Origin: Camelus dromedarius
Taxonomy: Eukaryota
DNA: 64,000 nt
Direction: 5' to 3'
Assembly (NCBI RefSeq): GCF_036321535.1
Contig: NC_087436.1
Span: forward strand, 57,290,001 to 57,354,000
The position numbers and the translations under genes were made by a program. Shown here one piece after another: positions 23,866-37,429 of this stretch. The notes beneath the pieces are model-generated. The model did no database searches, was not told where the DNA came from, and saw only the letters and a program-made list of their open reading frames with translations. Each line of letters opens with the position of its first letter. Position 1 is the first letter of the stretch.

Positions 23866-26800
23866 CACGCCATTTATTCATGATATTTCAAAGAATGCCG
23901 AGAAACTCAAAGGATACTGTAATACCTCACTCTCTTCCCAAATCAACAGAGATTTCATGCCTCAAAAACAACAGCAGCAGCATTTTATAGATGAAGTTCA
24001 AGTCCTCACTCCTATTACCCTTGAATCTTCCCAGAGGCAACTATTATCCTGAGTTTGGTGTGTGTTTTAAAATATAATTTTACATTAAAAATATATATAT
24101 AGTATGATGTCACACTGTAAATGTATTTTTACGGCTTTCCTTTTTTCTCAACATTTGTTTTTTGAGATCTAACCATAGTAAATATAAAACTTTAAAAGGA
24201 AAGCCTAGAGGACTTGAGTTTGTGAGAATTTAACAGGGGAGAAAAAAAAAAACCCAGCGATAACCCAGCCATAGGCTACAGTACATATATTACTTCATGA
24301 GCTGAATGGGATTTAATGGGAGCACATAGGAGGTCTTAGCATGAATGCAATGATTTAGTAGCTCGGCACACACATCAACCAACTGTCAAGCTCCTTTGAT
24401 TCCCACTCCCCTTTCTAATGAAACCAGGGAGCCATACCTCATCAGACTCTTTAAAGAAAAATACATGGAATCTCTTTACAATTAAGAGGGTTTTTTTTTT
24501 AATTTTCATAATATATTCATTTATGTAACTGTCATAAAGTCATCCCTGAAATTTATCAGGGTTAAAAAATGTTTCTCAACTCTAATGTTATCGTATACAC
24601 AATTTAAAGAATTAAAACTAAGTTATTGTGAAACTTTCATAGTGAAGTTTCCGAATAGCTGAGAACACAGGCAAGTTTCCACTTTGCTTCCAACAGATGG
24701 ATGTTAACTTACATCAGGGAAGAGAAATATTAGGTGAATTGACTATACATGATTTGACCACAACCCAACGCTCTTGGTGAGCTAAGCAAGAACTGTTTAG
24801 TTGTAATAGACCAGAACATTATCTGGCACTCAGCTAACCCTTTCACTGCTCTAAAACACAGTCCCTAAAGATGGGGAGGAGAAGAGGGCATGGGAAAGAT
24901 AAGCAGAGTGATTAAAATATCAATAGATAATATAATTATTATTCTCTAGCACGTGTGAGCTTTATTCGTGTAAACAAGTGGTGTAACATGGGTGAAATAT
25001 GTAATGAAATATTTTACCAGAAAACCATTATAAGATTGAGTTTGTGCTAGTTATTGCCATTTACTCACAATTCACCATTTGAAGGCCAAGAACAGGATTT
25101 ATTTGTATCAACGTTAGAGTTTTACATACATTTACCTACTGCCCAACTGATTCAATCTCAAAATCAAAATAGTTGTAATATGTTCAATTTTAAGAGAATA
25201 ATTAAAACTGAGAGTAATGTAAAATTTCAGGTTAATTGCTAGACCATGTAGATTGTTTGGTAGTCATAAATCTTGCCCCAGTTTTCCAAGAATTAAATAA
25301 GCAACAATGCCAAAATTACAACTGAATGAAAAAGGAAATGCTAACATTGTTTTGTTGTCATTGTCTGGGTTTTTACCCTCATTTATTTGTCAACATTTGT
25401 ACTTCATGGCAGTGTTCCAGCCAGTGAGTGATGGTTATTCAAGTGCAGTCTTAAACTCTAATAAATAAATGGGAAAGGAGAGCTTCTTTCTTCTTTTTTC
25501 CTTCTCTGTGAACAGTTATCAGCTACCCTAACAATGAGCAAAGTTGACAGGATAGTCATTTTAAATATCATTTGAAAATATGTTAAGTAGAATGTAATCT
25601 CTTATCTGAATCTGTCAACTGAGTGTTTCTGCACTGTGTCTAACTTCTGGGAGATTAACTTAAAAAACATAGCTTCTGTTCCAAAATTTAACACTTGAAA
25701 ATTATTCTAACCCATATCCAATACCAATTGTGATAGGCATTATTTTATCTTTCTTTTCATGACAGCCAAAGCTGGGGATTTCTGTTTTATTTGTGAATTT
25801 AATTGCTCAGATGACTTCCACTCTCTTGAAGGATTCAATATTCTCATTTCTCCTAGTAGACTGTCAGTTACCTGAGGACAGCTAGGAACAGTGCTTCCTT
25901 GGCATGCAGTAGGTGCTTAGTAAATTTTTAGATCTCAGGAAATTTGATTTAATCCAGAATTTATAGTTTAAATCAAACTTATTTAAATGTATAGTTTATT
26001 TTATCTTTACATTCTAAATCAGCACTAATAGCTATATAATTTTCAAATCAAAATTTCTGTGATTGGTTTGCAGACTTCGGGGTTTTTCTAGTTTTCACAT
26101 AACCAACTTAGGTAGGCAGTACTGACAATTTTATGTGATAAATCACAAACCTGGAACTTATGAGTTCTTTCTCAGAACTTGTGTTTTGCAAATATTAATT
26201 CTTATTCCCCAAATTGCACCTCTGTGAAGAACAGGCACGACCTTCTACTTTTTGGATGCAAAAGCAAGTCACAGAGAAGTTCAACAACTTGTTTAATATC
26301 ACATGTTCACTCTCCCTGGAACCTGTATCTTCTGTTTCCTGTATAGATTTAATTTTTAAATGTTTTAGCCCATATTCATATGGTAGAGCTGGATTATATC
26401 CCTAATACACATAAAATAGGAACTTAAGAGAAAAATGGTCTTATTAGAGTGTAGTTTTATTATCAATACAACAGCCAGGTTTCTACTACTGAAATAAATC
26501 ATTGAAAGAATTATCTGCATAATCAGTACACTTATTAATGCCTCTTTTTCTCTGAGGGCAGATGTTTACCATAATTTTTAAGTTTACTATAGTTTCGAGA
26601 TATGGACCTGAGTATAACTGTGCCAACATATTTGCAACATGTAGGACCATTTGGGGGAGAAGAAGGTAGATTAGGACCCATACTTTGAAGCAGAGTAAAA
26701 CGAAACAGTTTGGCACTGGGAGACCAGGCTCAAACCAAGTTTTCTGATGTCATTTCATTCCAACAGAGTTTGAAAACAATCATATTATTTTACAGATCTA

Positions 26801-27246
26801 GCCCCATATTCTAATACATGTCATCAGTCAAAAATTACATCTAATCAAGATTGGTTTGTCCTATGGCTGGTTGTGAGAACCCTGGTAGAAGGCCATAGCT
26901 ACTGAGAATTCATAGAAATTTTCTTGTCCAACTTTGTGAAAAATAAGCTAGTTGGTTGCCATATAAAGAATCTACTTATATATGCACTATGTATAGACTG
27001 ATATAGACGTCACCATGGAAATCACTGAAGTGAAGAACTTAACGAAAAATGTTGATGCAGTCTCCATGTTTTTCAGAACTATATTCACAGAAATATTTCT
27101 GAATGCATTTTAGTGACCTAGAAATCATGGCAGAGATCATGATTCATATCCAAATGAAACATGAGCTGAAAGAAAAGCTTCCTGTTGTAATTTTTCACTT
27201 TTAACTAAAATAGTCATACTTTTTTTTCTTTTAGATTACATGTCTA

Positions 27247-27304
27247 ATGGAAGCAACCTAAATGTCCATCGAAGGATGATTGGATAAAGAAGTTGTAGTG
27301 TGTG

Positions 27305-27382
<78 letters not shown>

Positions 27383-27852
27383 GGAATACTACTCAGTCAT
27401 TAAAAAAGAATGAAATAATGCCATTTGCAGCAACATGGATGGACCTGGAGATTGTCACACTAAGTGAAGTAAGCCAGAAGGAGAAAGAAAAATACCATAT
27501 GATATCCCTTATATGTGGAATCTTAAAAAAATAAAAAAGGACACAAGTGAACTTATTTACAAAAGAGAGGCAGACTCACAGACATAGAAAACAAATTTAT
27601 GGTTACCCAGGGGGGAAGGAGGTGGGGAGGAATAAACTGGGAGTTCTTGATTTGCAGATACTAACTTCTACATATAAAATGGATAAACAACAAGTTTGTA
27701 CTGTATAGCACAGGGAACTATATTCAATACCTTGTAATGGCCTATATTGAAAAAGAATATGTAAAGGAATATATATATGTATAAATGAATTACTATGCTG
27801 TACACCAGAAATTAACACAATATTGTAAATCAACTATACTTCAATTTAAAAA
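27247..27852 (+). mobile_element. Lineage-specific L1 3' end, 5'-truncated, with TSD and an internal (TG)n(TA)n repeat
   Basis: atggaagcaacctaaatgtccatc...aatcaactatacttcaat. TSD is TAGATTACATGTCTA (27232-27246) / TAGATTGCATGCCTA (27853-27867). Confidence 0.95.
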
Positions 27853-29811
27853 TAGATTGCATGCCTAGTTTTTAAAAGAACACTTAAAATATTACTTTGG
27901 TATAATCTCTTTGGTGAGACTATTGAGTCCAAATGCAATGAAGGTACCACAGAAGTTTATTAAACTTTGGTTTTTCCATGATACATCTCACATTCTGCTG
28001 TCAAATGCTGGCATAATTAACATGATACCAATTAATAACTCACTCACTTTTTTATTGAAGTTAAGCCTGTGATGATTACAAATGACATTCACTTTTTGTT
28101 CTTTAATTTTCCAAGTCTTTATTTCCTTACTATCTTATCTTTTACTAACATAGTCCTGGCAGCTTTTTTTTTTCCTTTATTGTTTATTAAAAAAAAATTA
28201 CTGGGTAAGGTATAAAATTTCCTTTCCTAGTTTCACTCCTTCCACTAGAAATGCCATTTCCAGTTCCTTTCACTGCCTGAAGTTTGTATTCCTGAGGGTG
28301 AAGTACAAGTTGTGGGGGAGGAGGGGAATAAATAAATGAAAAGTAAAATAAAGTTAATATTCTAATTGATACTTTGATCTTCTTAAAAATTCCCAGTACA
28401 TCAATGCAACTAGTGGAACAATATTTTTCATGATCAAACAGAGGTTTCCAACCATGCAGGGATGGATAAGAGTCTAGAAAGAGACTGAATGACCAGAAGA
28501 AACGGTAAGAACAAAGGACTTTCATTGCAAGTGTCTTTCATTGTGTAAGAGCAGGTAGCAAATATAGAAAGATAAAAAGTTGGATATTTGGAATTTCAAA
28601 TTTTTGAGGAGGATCCAAGCTGACAAGATTCAGGATTAGTCCTGGGAATGAGTGGAAATTAATTCATTAAAATTGCAGAGATCTAGATACTGTCTGAGTG
28701 CTTGGATGAGTCATTGACTTAGATGTATAAATCTTGATTATCACTCGCTTGAAGTTAGACAGCTAGTAACTGCCTGAGTTAGGATTGCAACTCTGGAGCC
28801 TCCCATTTTAATTCGTGTGTGCCTTTACTTGAGGACAATGCAGTCATGCTATGATATGGGTGGTGAGGAATCTGGAGAAGGATAAACACCTCTTGTCCTG
28901 CTGCTCGTGAAAGATGAGAAAATGAGCTTCCTCCACTGGAGAAAGATGCAATGTGAGAGACGCTCTCAGTGCTGAGTTATAGTCCAGATAAATCATCCTG
29001 CAGAAATATTGAGGAAATAGGGGAATTTACCTACAATGGAAGGAGGATTCAGAAGATTTTCAAAAGAGTTGGAAAGAAGGATATAAAAATTATAATAAAA
29101 TCAAGGGTAGACTATTTTTTTGCTTTCCCATGAAACTGGAAAATTCCGGGGAAAATAAGAAGAAAAAAAAATAAAGAGGAATGGAAAGAACAGAAAGACA
29201 AGTATGAGGAAAAAGTGGCGACAAGTCACATGAGCTGTGTGTTGTTCACAGGAACGCCAATTTTAAACAAACCCAAACACAAATATATTTTATTTATCTG
29301 AATATCATGATCACCTATTTTGCCACCTCAGAGCTGCCAGAGCACATTTCAGAATTCTTTTCCTGGCCCCTCATAAGCTGGTACGCAGCTGGACAGCATT
29401 TGTGCTCCAACAAGAATACACAATTCCTGCTTCTGAGATTTTGCATATGGTACATGATACATCCTCAACATTTGTTGAATCTGAATCTAAATATCAGTTG
29501 ATTAAACTCTCTGCTTATTTTTTTTGTTTGGGGAACTGGATAAGGAGGTGATGGTGAGGGGAGAGGTAGAAAGTTAGAAAAGAGTAGGGGAAAAAAAAAG
29601 GAAGACCAATGCTGACTGAGACCAATTGATTCCCACCTATCCCTGGAGTGTGCTCCACTTCTACAGAAAGCATGGAAGAATTAGAATGAAAGAAGACATC
29701 TGAAAATAAAGACAGAAATATGCAATATAGTCTCCTTCACCACGATATGCCTTACGTGGAAATGCTGATTTTCAAAAAGAAAATGATTTATTAAAATTAG
29801 AATTTGCTGCA

Positions 29812-29967
29812 GGGGAGGGTATGGTTCAGTGATAGATCATGTGCTTTGCATGCACGACGTCCTGGGTTCAATCCCCAGTACCGCCATTAAAAAAATAAAT
29901 AAGCCTAATTGCCTCCCCCCACCCAATAAATTAATGAATAAAAAGAAACTACTGCTTAAAAAAAACG
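29812..29967 (+). mobile_element. Camelid tRNA(Ala)-derived SINE (vic-1-like)
   Basis: ggggagggtatggttcagtgatag...tcctgggttcaatccccagtaccgcca followed by an A-rich tail. TSD ATTAGAA(T/C)TTGCT at 29796-29808 and 29968-29980. Confidence 0.9.
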
Positions 29968-30089
29968 ATTAGAACTTGCTCCCTATAACCCAGCTGAATG
30001 CCAATTTACTTGTGAAGAGAGGGGATGGCAGTTCAGTGCTAAGAAATCATCCTGAGCTCCCAGAAATACATTATGTGGTCTCCCCATCT

Positions 30090-30410
30090 TCTTCCTTTTT
30101 CTTATAGTAGTTCCTTTGTAGCCATTTTCTTCCTGTGATTCTGGTGACAGGACTCCTCAAAATGAGGGAGCTATTCCATGAAGTGTAGGTGGAACAGACT
30201 TCTCCCCCCAGAGGCAGGCACACGAGCCAGCCTTGACTAGTCAGAGCCCTGAATTCCTTTGGCCACAGGCATTGGTTCATCAGTCCACTGACCCAAGCAG
30301 AGCCACCTGGAACTCCCCCAGGTCTTTACTGAGCAAATGTGGAAGAGGGGTTTTCTTTTCTCTGGGATTGCTAGCCTAAGAATAATAGAAATCTAGAGCT
30401 GCCAATGGTC
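30090..30410 (+). mobile_element. Old MLT1 (K/L-like) LTR fragment
   Basis: ttgactagtcagagccctgaattcctttggccacag...attggttca...tgacccaagc...ctagagctgcc. Confidence 0.55.
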
Positions 30411-30449
30411 ATTTAAAGAATAAAGAATTTTTATAAATGTAAAATGAGA

Positions 30450-31380
30450 GGGTGAAAATATAGGGAGATGGAAAATGAGGCTGGAATAATAGGCAGATTT
30501 CTGATTAATTGTAAAGCATTTATGTGATAGACAGAAATATTGGCTGTCCCCCTGCACGCAAAAGAATGCCAAAATGGTATAAACAGGTGTGGTAGCAGGG
30601 GAGCCTGGAACTGTGGTGTGCCTACCTTTTATTTTTCTAGAAAAATAACACTGTCATTAGTGTGAACTAGATAGGAGTAAATGAAGAGGGGAAGAAAACA
30701 GACCAGCTGAGTGGCCATGCAATTTTCCTTGCAACAAATAATAATGGTATAGACTGAGGTGTTGACAATTGGTCTGGACACAGTCAAGTCTACTTTTGTG
30801 ATATAATTAGCAGGGTTTTAGTGAGCTAATAAATAATTTGAGACAAAAGAAGGAATCAAGGGTCACTCACAATTTTCTGGGATATTGTAGACGTGATCTA
30901 TTAACAGAGATTAGGAATAGAAGTCAAAAAAGACTTCGACGGGAGCTGAGGACCAGCAATGAACTTGGATTAGTTCAGCTGGAAAAGCCTATGTCATCCA
31001 CATGAAGACGTCCTGAAGTCATTCTAGAAGCAGTATAGGTCTGAAGCCTCGGAGCAAGATGAGAGTGATTACAAAAGTGGGAGTCATCAGCATATGAATG
31101 TACATAAAATCGCTGATATAAATGAGGTCACTCAGGGAAAATAGATTGTGTAAAATGAGAAGTTGCTACGGATGAAGAAAATCAGGGAGAGTGTTGGTGA
31201 CGTGGAAACCTAGAAGGAGTTTCAGTAGCTGTCTAGAGATCAAGGAAATTAAGGATTAACAGTATCCCCTAACTTTGTCACTTTGGAGGTTACCTTGACA
31301 TGAGAATGAACTGTTAGGGCAGTGATAGTGTGGAAGTCAAATGGCACTAGGTTGAGAAGGGAAATAGAAGCGCAGAAAAG
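30450..31380 (-). mobile_element. L2 fragment
   Basis: gaaggaatcaagggtcactc...ataggtctgaagcctcggag...gggagtcatcagcata...atgaggtcactcagggaaa. Confidence 0.75.
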
Positions 31381-34049
31381 TTAAATTATTTTAGATTTAT
31401 AGATTATTAAGACTTAGATCTGAGTGAAAACCAGGATAGTACACAGAGAAGAACAAGAATATGGAAAGCTAGGGTTGGTTTGGTTTTTTTTTAATCTATT
31501 TGTTTAGTGTTTTAGATGTGAACTTTGAGGGAAGAGGCAAAACTGATGGATCAGGATCTCTGAAAAACTGAGATGGAATCTAGAATGCAGGTACAAAGAT
31601 TCTTAAGTTTTTTATTCTTTAATTATTTCCCAAACCACATGTAATTTTCATCCTCTGATGCCTCTGCTAATGTGACCAGGCCTTCTAATTTTAACTCCTA
31701 AAAATAGGTAATTTTAAAAAGATTTTTCCATAAGAATCCAATTTTCTGATGACAGTTTTCTAGCTTTTAGAATGACTATAGTAGATTAAAAAAAAAAGAA
31801 TTATATGCATTTCCAAATACCCTATCTCAGATTCACATACACATAATACAATTTCAATGAAACGTAAGCAACGATTGCAGCATATAATTTAAAACTAAAT
31901 TGTGGGTTCTTTACGATTCAGGGAACACTTCATTTACATTTTCATTTATGTTTTACTTACATTTTACATGTCCTTTAAAATCAGATCTTCTGCCTAGGAA
32001 TATTAGTAGCCTCAACCTCTAATCTTAAGATTAGAGTTTTATTTTACATTGATTGCACTCTGGTCATTTTTGTCTTTGTAATTAAACCTAGAAATAATCA
32101 AAGTGCTGCACTCTTGAAATCTCTGGTAGATATTTAGTTCTATTAATAAGTAATATTTTTTGTTGGGCTTCATTGACCGGCTGAGATCTCAGGCAAAACC
32201 TGTTTTTGTTACTGCTCCTTTGCTTTAAAAGTTTCTTTTAGTTTAATTTTTATAAATATTTATCTGAATGATATGCATACTTTCTGCTTCAGGTATAATA
32301 TATATGATGGATAACATATAGGATGTCATGAATAGTATATGAAGTAATCTTGGTCTGCATAATGTAAAAATATATTATTCCTGACATTTCCTTTAAATTG
32401 AAATGGAATTAGTCTTTGTAGCAACTTAAATATTGAGTCACTATTTAACATATAATGACAACACAGCATATTGTTTAAAATTGACATATAAATTTAGAGA
32501 CAAGTAGAAATGAATATGAAATTAACACATACGTATGTCTTTAAAGACAGTTTGCACACATCACATGTGTTCAGTTAGGATTTTATTAACTAAGCCAAAG
32601 AATATTGCAGCACTTAGTTTGTTGATGTTCAAAAAGTCGACAGACACACTTTTAAAGTTCACCTACTGATATAAACACAAATAATGTTTTGCTCCTGGCA
32701 TAAACCCACAAGATATAATTCAGATACGGTAAATTTATGTCAATTATAGTCACATAGATCATTGGCCAAAAAGAATATCAGTCCAAGAAAGAAAGAAAAT
32801 CCAGTAGTGAAACTGACGTCTATTGAAGTAATCTTATCTAAATTGCAGAAACAAAGATTAGTTTACAGTGTGCACTTTACATAAGAAGCTGAAGTCATCC
32901 CTAATCTAACCAACAATGAAAGAGCTCTTGACTGAGGGTGTGCTTTGTTCCTACTCTCCCTTCCTTCTCAGCTCCCTTGGAGCCTGAACACATAAGAAAT
33001 CATTAGCAGAAAGAAAGAAAAAGCTAAGAACATTTAATGTCTAGGAGATTGAAATGATGGCTACAACCTGGAGGAATGTCCTTAAAGTTTTCCTGATACT
33101 GGTTGTTGTTTAATCTCAGAATAGTTTCTATGGGGATAGATTAAATGGAAGCACACAGGGTTACAAAATATAAGAAAAAACTAAATGCTTTTATAACCGT
33201 GCTTTTAAAAACACAGAAACACCATCTAAATACAGTTTTTGGGAATAAAGAAGAAATATAAGGAGATTGAATTCGAAATACACATGAGAATTCTGGAACA
33301 ACTTGGATGGTGATCTTAAAACCCAAGAGTTGTCTTTGTTCTTTAATTGACTCCTTCACGGATGAGGGGAAGCTCAGCCTCTCATCCCTGCTGTTTGACA
33401 CCTCCGTGAGCTTTTGTGCCTTTTAGCAATGTTCTTACAACGCTGGCAGAAAAACTGAGCAACACTCGGTTAAAGAAGAAACTAAATTCTGTGCTCTTCT
33501 CTCCCACAGATCAGCAGTAGATGCATACACAATGAGTGTGGCTTGGGGGTCTAAATCAATGATGCTGTTGCCAATTACTATCCCTCACTCTCAGTATTGA
33601 TCTTTACCAAACAACAGATGAAGCTTCTTTTTTAGAATTTCAGTCCTTACATTTTAGGGTGGGCTCAGGGTAGAGATTTGGAGAAACAGCAGGGAAAAAG
33701 GCAGTGAGTTGTCAAGGCAATGATGTGGTTTTTGCTTTCCATTAAAGATCAGGCAGCCTGGAGCTCCAGGTCTTCATTTGCATACAGTCTTGTCTTCCTT
33801 TATAGCCCTTGACAACTTGCCTTTTCCTCTCCAGGATCTTCTATATGCCTCCAGGGTAAAATGGAACTACTACTCAGGGTTCTGATAAGGATTTAAGTTC
33901 AGCTCTTTAAAGATGAGTAGGGTTGTGTTATTTTTAAGCAGTATAAACTTCTGGTGGAGAATACAAAGGTTTCTTCCTCAAAGAAATCATCTTGTATACA
34001 AGAGAAAACTCCAGTTTGATTATAAGACTTAATATAACTAAAACAGATA

Positions 34050-34283
34050 TAGTGCTTTACAGTTTACAGTATTTTTACACACTTAATCCCATTTAACTTT
34101 TAAAATAACATTATAACCTGGTTAAGGCTAATATTACTAGCCCTATTTTACAGAAGAGAAAACTGAGGTCCAGAGAGATTGAATAATCTGCTAAAGGCCA
34201 CTCGGCTGGTAAATGCATAGCATGGATTTAGGGACTCAAATCCAGATCTCTGTCTCCAAATCAGTGTTCTTCCACTGTATTAC
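34050..34283 (-). mobile_element. MIR SINE
   Basis: ccctattttacagaagagaaaactgaggtccagagagattgaataatctgc. Confidence 0.85.
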
Positions 34284-34689
34284 GGAAGTCTCCTAAAATG
34301 ACCTACTTCATCCCATTTTAATTAATATGATCTATTTTAATACATATGACTCCCCCCACCCCCATAAATTGAAAACATAGCAGTTCCTTTAAGAGAAGAA
34401 AAGCTCTGATCTACATTTTAGAAAAAATTCTCACGTGGAGCTTATAATGGGGCACCAAGGGATATACACGCCTTCAACAACATCAGTGTTGTGAGTGATT
34501 TAATCAGGTTTTGTAGGTTGCTTTAAACCCTTGATTAAATCTAAGGGCTTACCATTGGAGTGCAACTCAATAAAAATAAATTTGAAGAGGAGTCAAGACA
34601 CTATTATCCAAATAGGCAGCTTTCTACTGACCTTTGTCCAAGGATAAGATGCTAGATAAGCCTGAGAGTATGGCTATTTTAGCCAAGTG

Positions 34690-35150
34690 ATACTTTAGTA
34701 AGACTCATTTGTGTAAGGGACAGAAATTAAACTCAAACCGTTTAGGCAAAAGGAGAACTTACTGGTTTATGTAGGCAAATTGTGTAAGTGTCAGGAACGT
34801 CTAGAACTGAGGATTTGAATATCGTAATGACTCTATCTCTGTCTCCCTTTTCCCATATTTTCCTCTGCATCTCTCTACCTGTTGACTTCACTCTCTGAGA
34901 CTGATTCCCTTCTCATGTGGGGACATAGCTACAAGCAGCTTTGAAGCACACTCCTACATGCTCCTTTCAGGGAGTTTTCCAAGCAAGACTCACTACTCTA
35001 TTTTTAAAACTCAGGGAATTATACTGATTTGGACTAGCTTTTGTCATGTGTCCATCTCCAAGCCAAATCACCTTGAGAGGGCATTTAAGTACTGCGATTA
35101 GTCCAGTTTGATTCAGGTGCTCACCTCTGGACCAATAATGAAAGTCAGGA
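34690..35150 (-). mobile_element. Old MLT1 (K/L-like) LTR
   Basis: gtaagggacagaaattaaactcaaac...ttaggcaaaagg...ctgattt ggactagctt ttgtcatgtgtccatc...ccaaatcac. Confidence 0.7.
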
Positions 35151-35539
35151 GATGAGGTGAAATAAAATGATGGCAAATTCCTATGTGAATCATGGAGTTT
35201 CTGATGGGTCGGGCGGAGTAAACGTTTTCCTCCTCCAAGTGGAAGAAATTACGGGTAAAAGAAACAATGGATGTATATGCCAATTATACCTCAATAAAAA
35301 AATAAATAAAATTTTCACTACACTCCTTAGCAATGTTCTCCAAGAGCGCGCAGCCGGAAAGGCAGGCACAACCAGGCTGCTTCGGGGAGCGCAAGCCCCG
35401 CCCCGCCCCACCCGCGCCCCTGCATGCCTGGCTGCAGGTCGGGGGCCGTGTACCTATGGACTGCCTGGTTCCTGGCCATCATCACCCAGGTGACCAAACC
35501 CAAGAAGGCCTAGGACCTCCCAGGCACCAGCGAGAAAGA

Positions 35540-35770
35540 AGAAAAGAAACACAAAGACACAAGAAGAAGATAGCCATGTGATAGGTGGAGACAGAGTGGA
35601 GTGATGTGTCTATAAGCCAAGGAAAGCAAAGGATCGCCAGCAACTACCATAAGCTAGAAGAGGCAAAGGATTTTCCCAGCAGGTTTCAGAGGGCACATGG
35701 CCCTGCCAGCACCTTGAATTCAGACTTCTAACCTTCAAAACTGAGACAATACACTTCTGTTGTGTCAAGC
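35540..35770 (+). mobile_element. MLT1C/D-like LTR, 3' half
   Basis: ccatgtga...aagccaaggaa...gccagcaac...aagctagaagaggcaa...ggccctgccagcaccttgaattcagacttct. Confidence 0.85.
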
Positions 35771-36969
35771 TCCTCCCCCCAAATTTTTTTTCCCATGAAT
35801 ACTATACTCACTCCTCATCTTTATTTGACAATTTTTCTTCATCAAAATATTACTGTGCAACGGTAGTATTTCTCTAAAATTATTCTAAGCTGTCTCCACC
35901 TGGATTCATGCACCCAGTGACTCCTCAATTCCCGTCAATGTCACCAAGTTCTTCTTTTATCATTTCAACCCTGGGATGTACCTCTTATTCAAAATGTAAT
36001 TTGTTGCACGTGTTTCTCTAGCTTATATTGAAAAATATTTGGGAATGAGTGTTAACTTGTAAGCTTTAAAGTCCTAGCAGACAACTCTTTGCTAGTATAT
36101 TAATATACTAGTTTTTATTTGCCTTGATTATCCCTCAGCTATCAGATGTTAAGCTTTTGGGAAGTAATGATTTTGTTTTGAAATGAGTCCAAAAATTTAA
36201 AAAACATTTATTGATCTTTAAAAAATTTTCTATAAATGAAAGCCATTAATGTATAAGTCATGGAAACACCCCAAGAAAATTCTAAGTTTTTAGAAAATAT
36301 TTACTCTTGGAAATACTCCTATCAGATTTGTTTTGCTAGTTCAACAGCAAACATACACTCTTGAAAAGTTCTTTCACAAATTTTGCTTACAAATCCTTGC
36401 ATATTTTGACGTTGGGATTGGTACTGGCTGAAAATGTTTGCATGGGGAGGAGTTCATTTCTAATGAAACACAGCTTGATCATGGAAAACAGAGTTGAACC
36501 ATTTTGAGTACTTCTGAGCGTTGGAGGTTAATGTTTAAAATCACTGAAGGGAAGGTGGAGCTTTTTTCAAAGCCATAAAAAGGAATAATTGCGATGACAC
36601 ACCACAGTATGCATTTTATACTGTTGAATGATGGCAGCTCCACTTTTGGCTCCATGCCCCAGAGGCCCAGCACACCCGGGGAGCGCTGTAAAAGCTGCCC
36701 AACGCACACCCTGGCGTGTGTGTGCCCACTTTTACAGCCAGCAATAATTTTAAAGGAACATACAGTACCTACTAGGAAGCTTTTTCAGAAGTCAACATGC
36801 AAATCAATAAGAATATAAGCCCTTTATATAATATCACCACTAATACGTGAATAAATAGCAATCCTGTTTTGAAATTCTTAACCAAATAATCCTTTGTTGA
36901 AATATTCTGATGATGGGAAGATCAGGATTTGAAGATATGATGCGTAATCATATAGTCTTCCTTTAAAGA

Positions 36970-37058
36970 AATTTATTTGTTTCTTTAATTGTTTATTTAA
37001 TGGAGGTACTGGGGATTGAACCCAGGACCTCATGCATGCTAAGCACGTACTCTACCAG
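36970..37058 (-). mobile_element. Camelid tRNA(Ala)-derived SINE (vic-1-like)
   Basis: aatggaggtactggggattgaacccaggacctcatgcatgctaagcac...; TAATCATATA is repeated on both flanks. Confidence 0.9.
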
Positions 37059-37429
37059 TGCGCTCTACCCCTAGCCCCTGAATAATCATATAATCGTCTT
37101 GAAAATGGTTTTCTACTACTTTTCAATTTAGAGTCATTCAGTTGCCATATGCAGTACCACATTTTTCAAATAAGAATGAGTAGTTTGCTGTCTTGTGGAG
37201 GTATGTTATGCCAACTGCTGTAGAATTGTGAATGCTTTTTACAATTAATGTTTTTCCCAATCAGAGGAAAATCCTCAAATTATACCAAAATAATCCTTTA
37301 AATACCAGTGGTACTTTAGGGCATTTGATTTGACTTCATAAATAAGAAGAAATATGATTGTCTTGTACAGTTTTTTTTTCCTTTAACAACTGGGTGAAGC
37401 ATCTACAATATTCATAAGAAAGTCATTCA

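Noticed and set aside
29812..29886. tRNA-Ala-like gene
   Set aside because: It has an A-rich tail, a TSD, an extended 5' end, degenerate stems and sister copies in the window, so it is a SINE.
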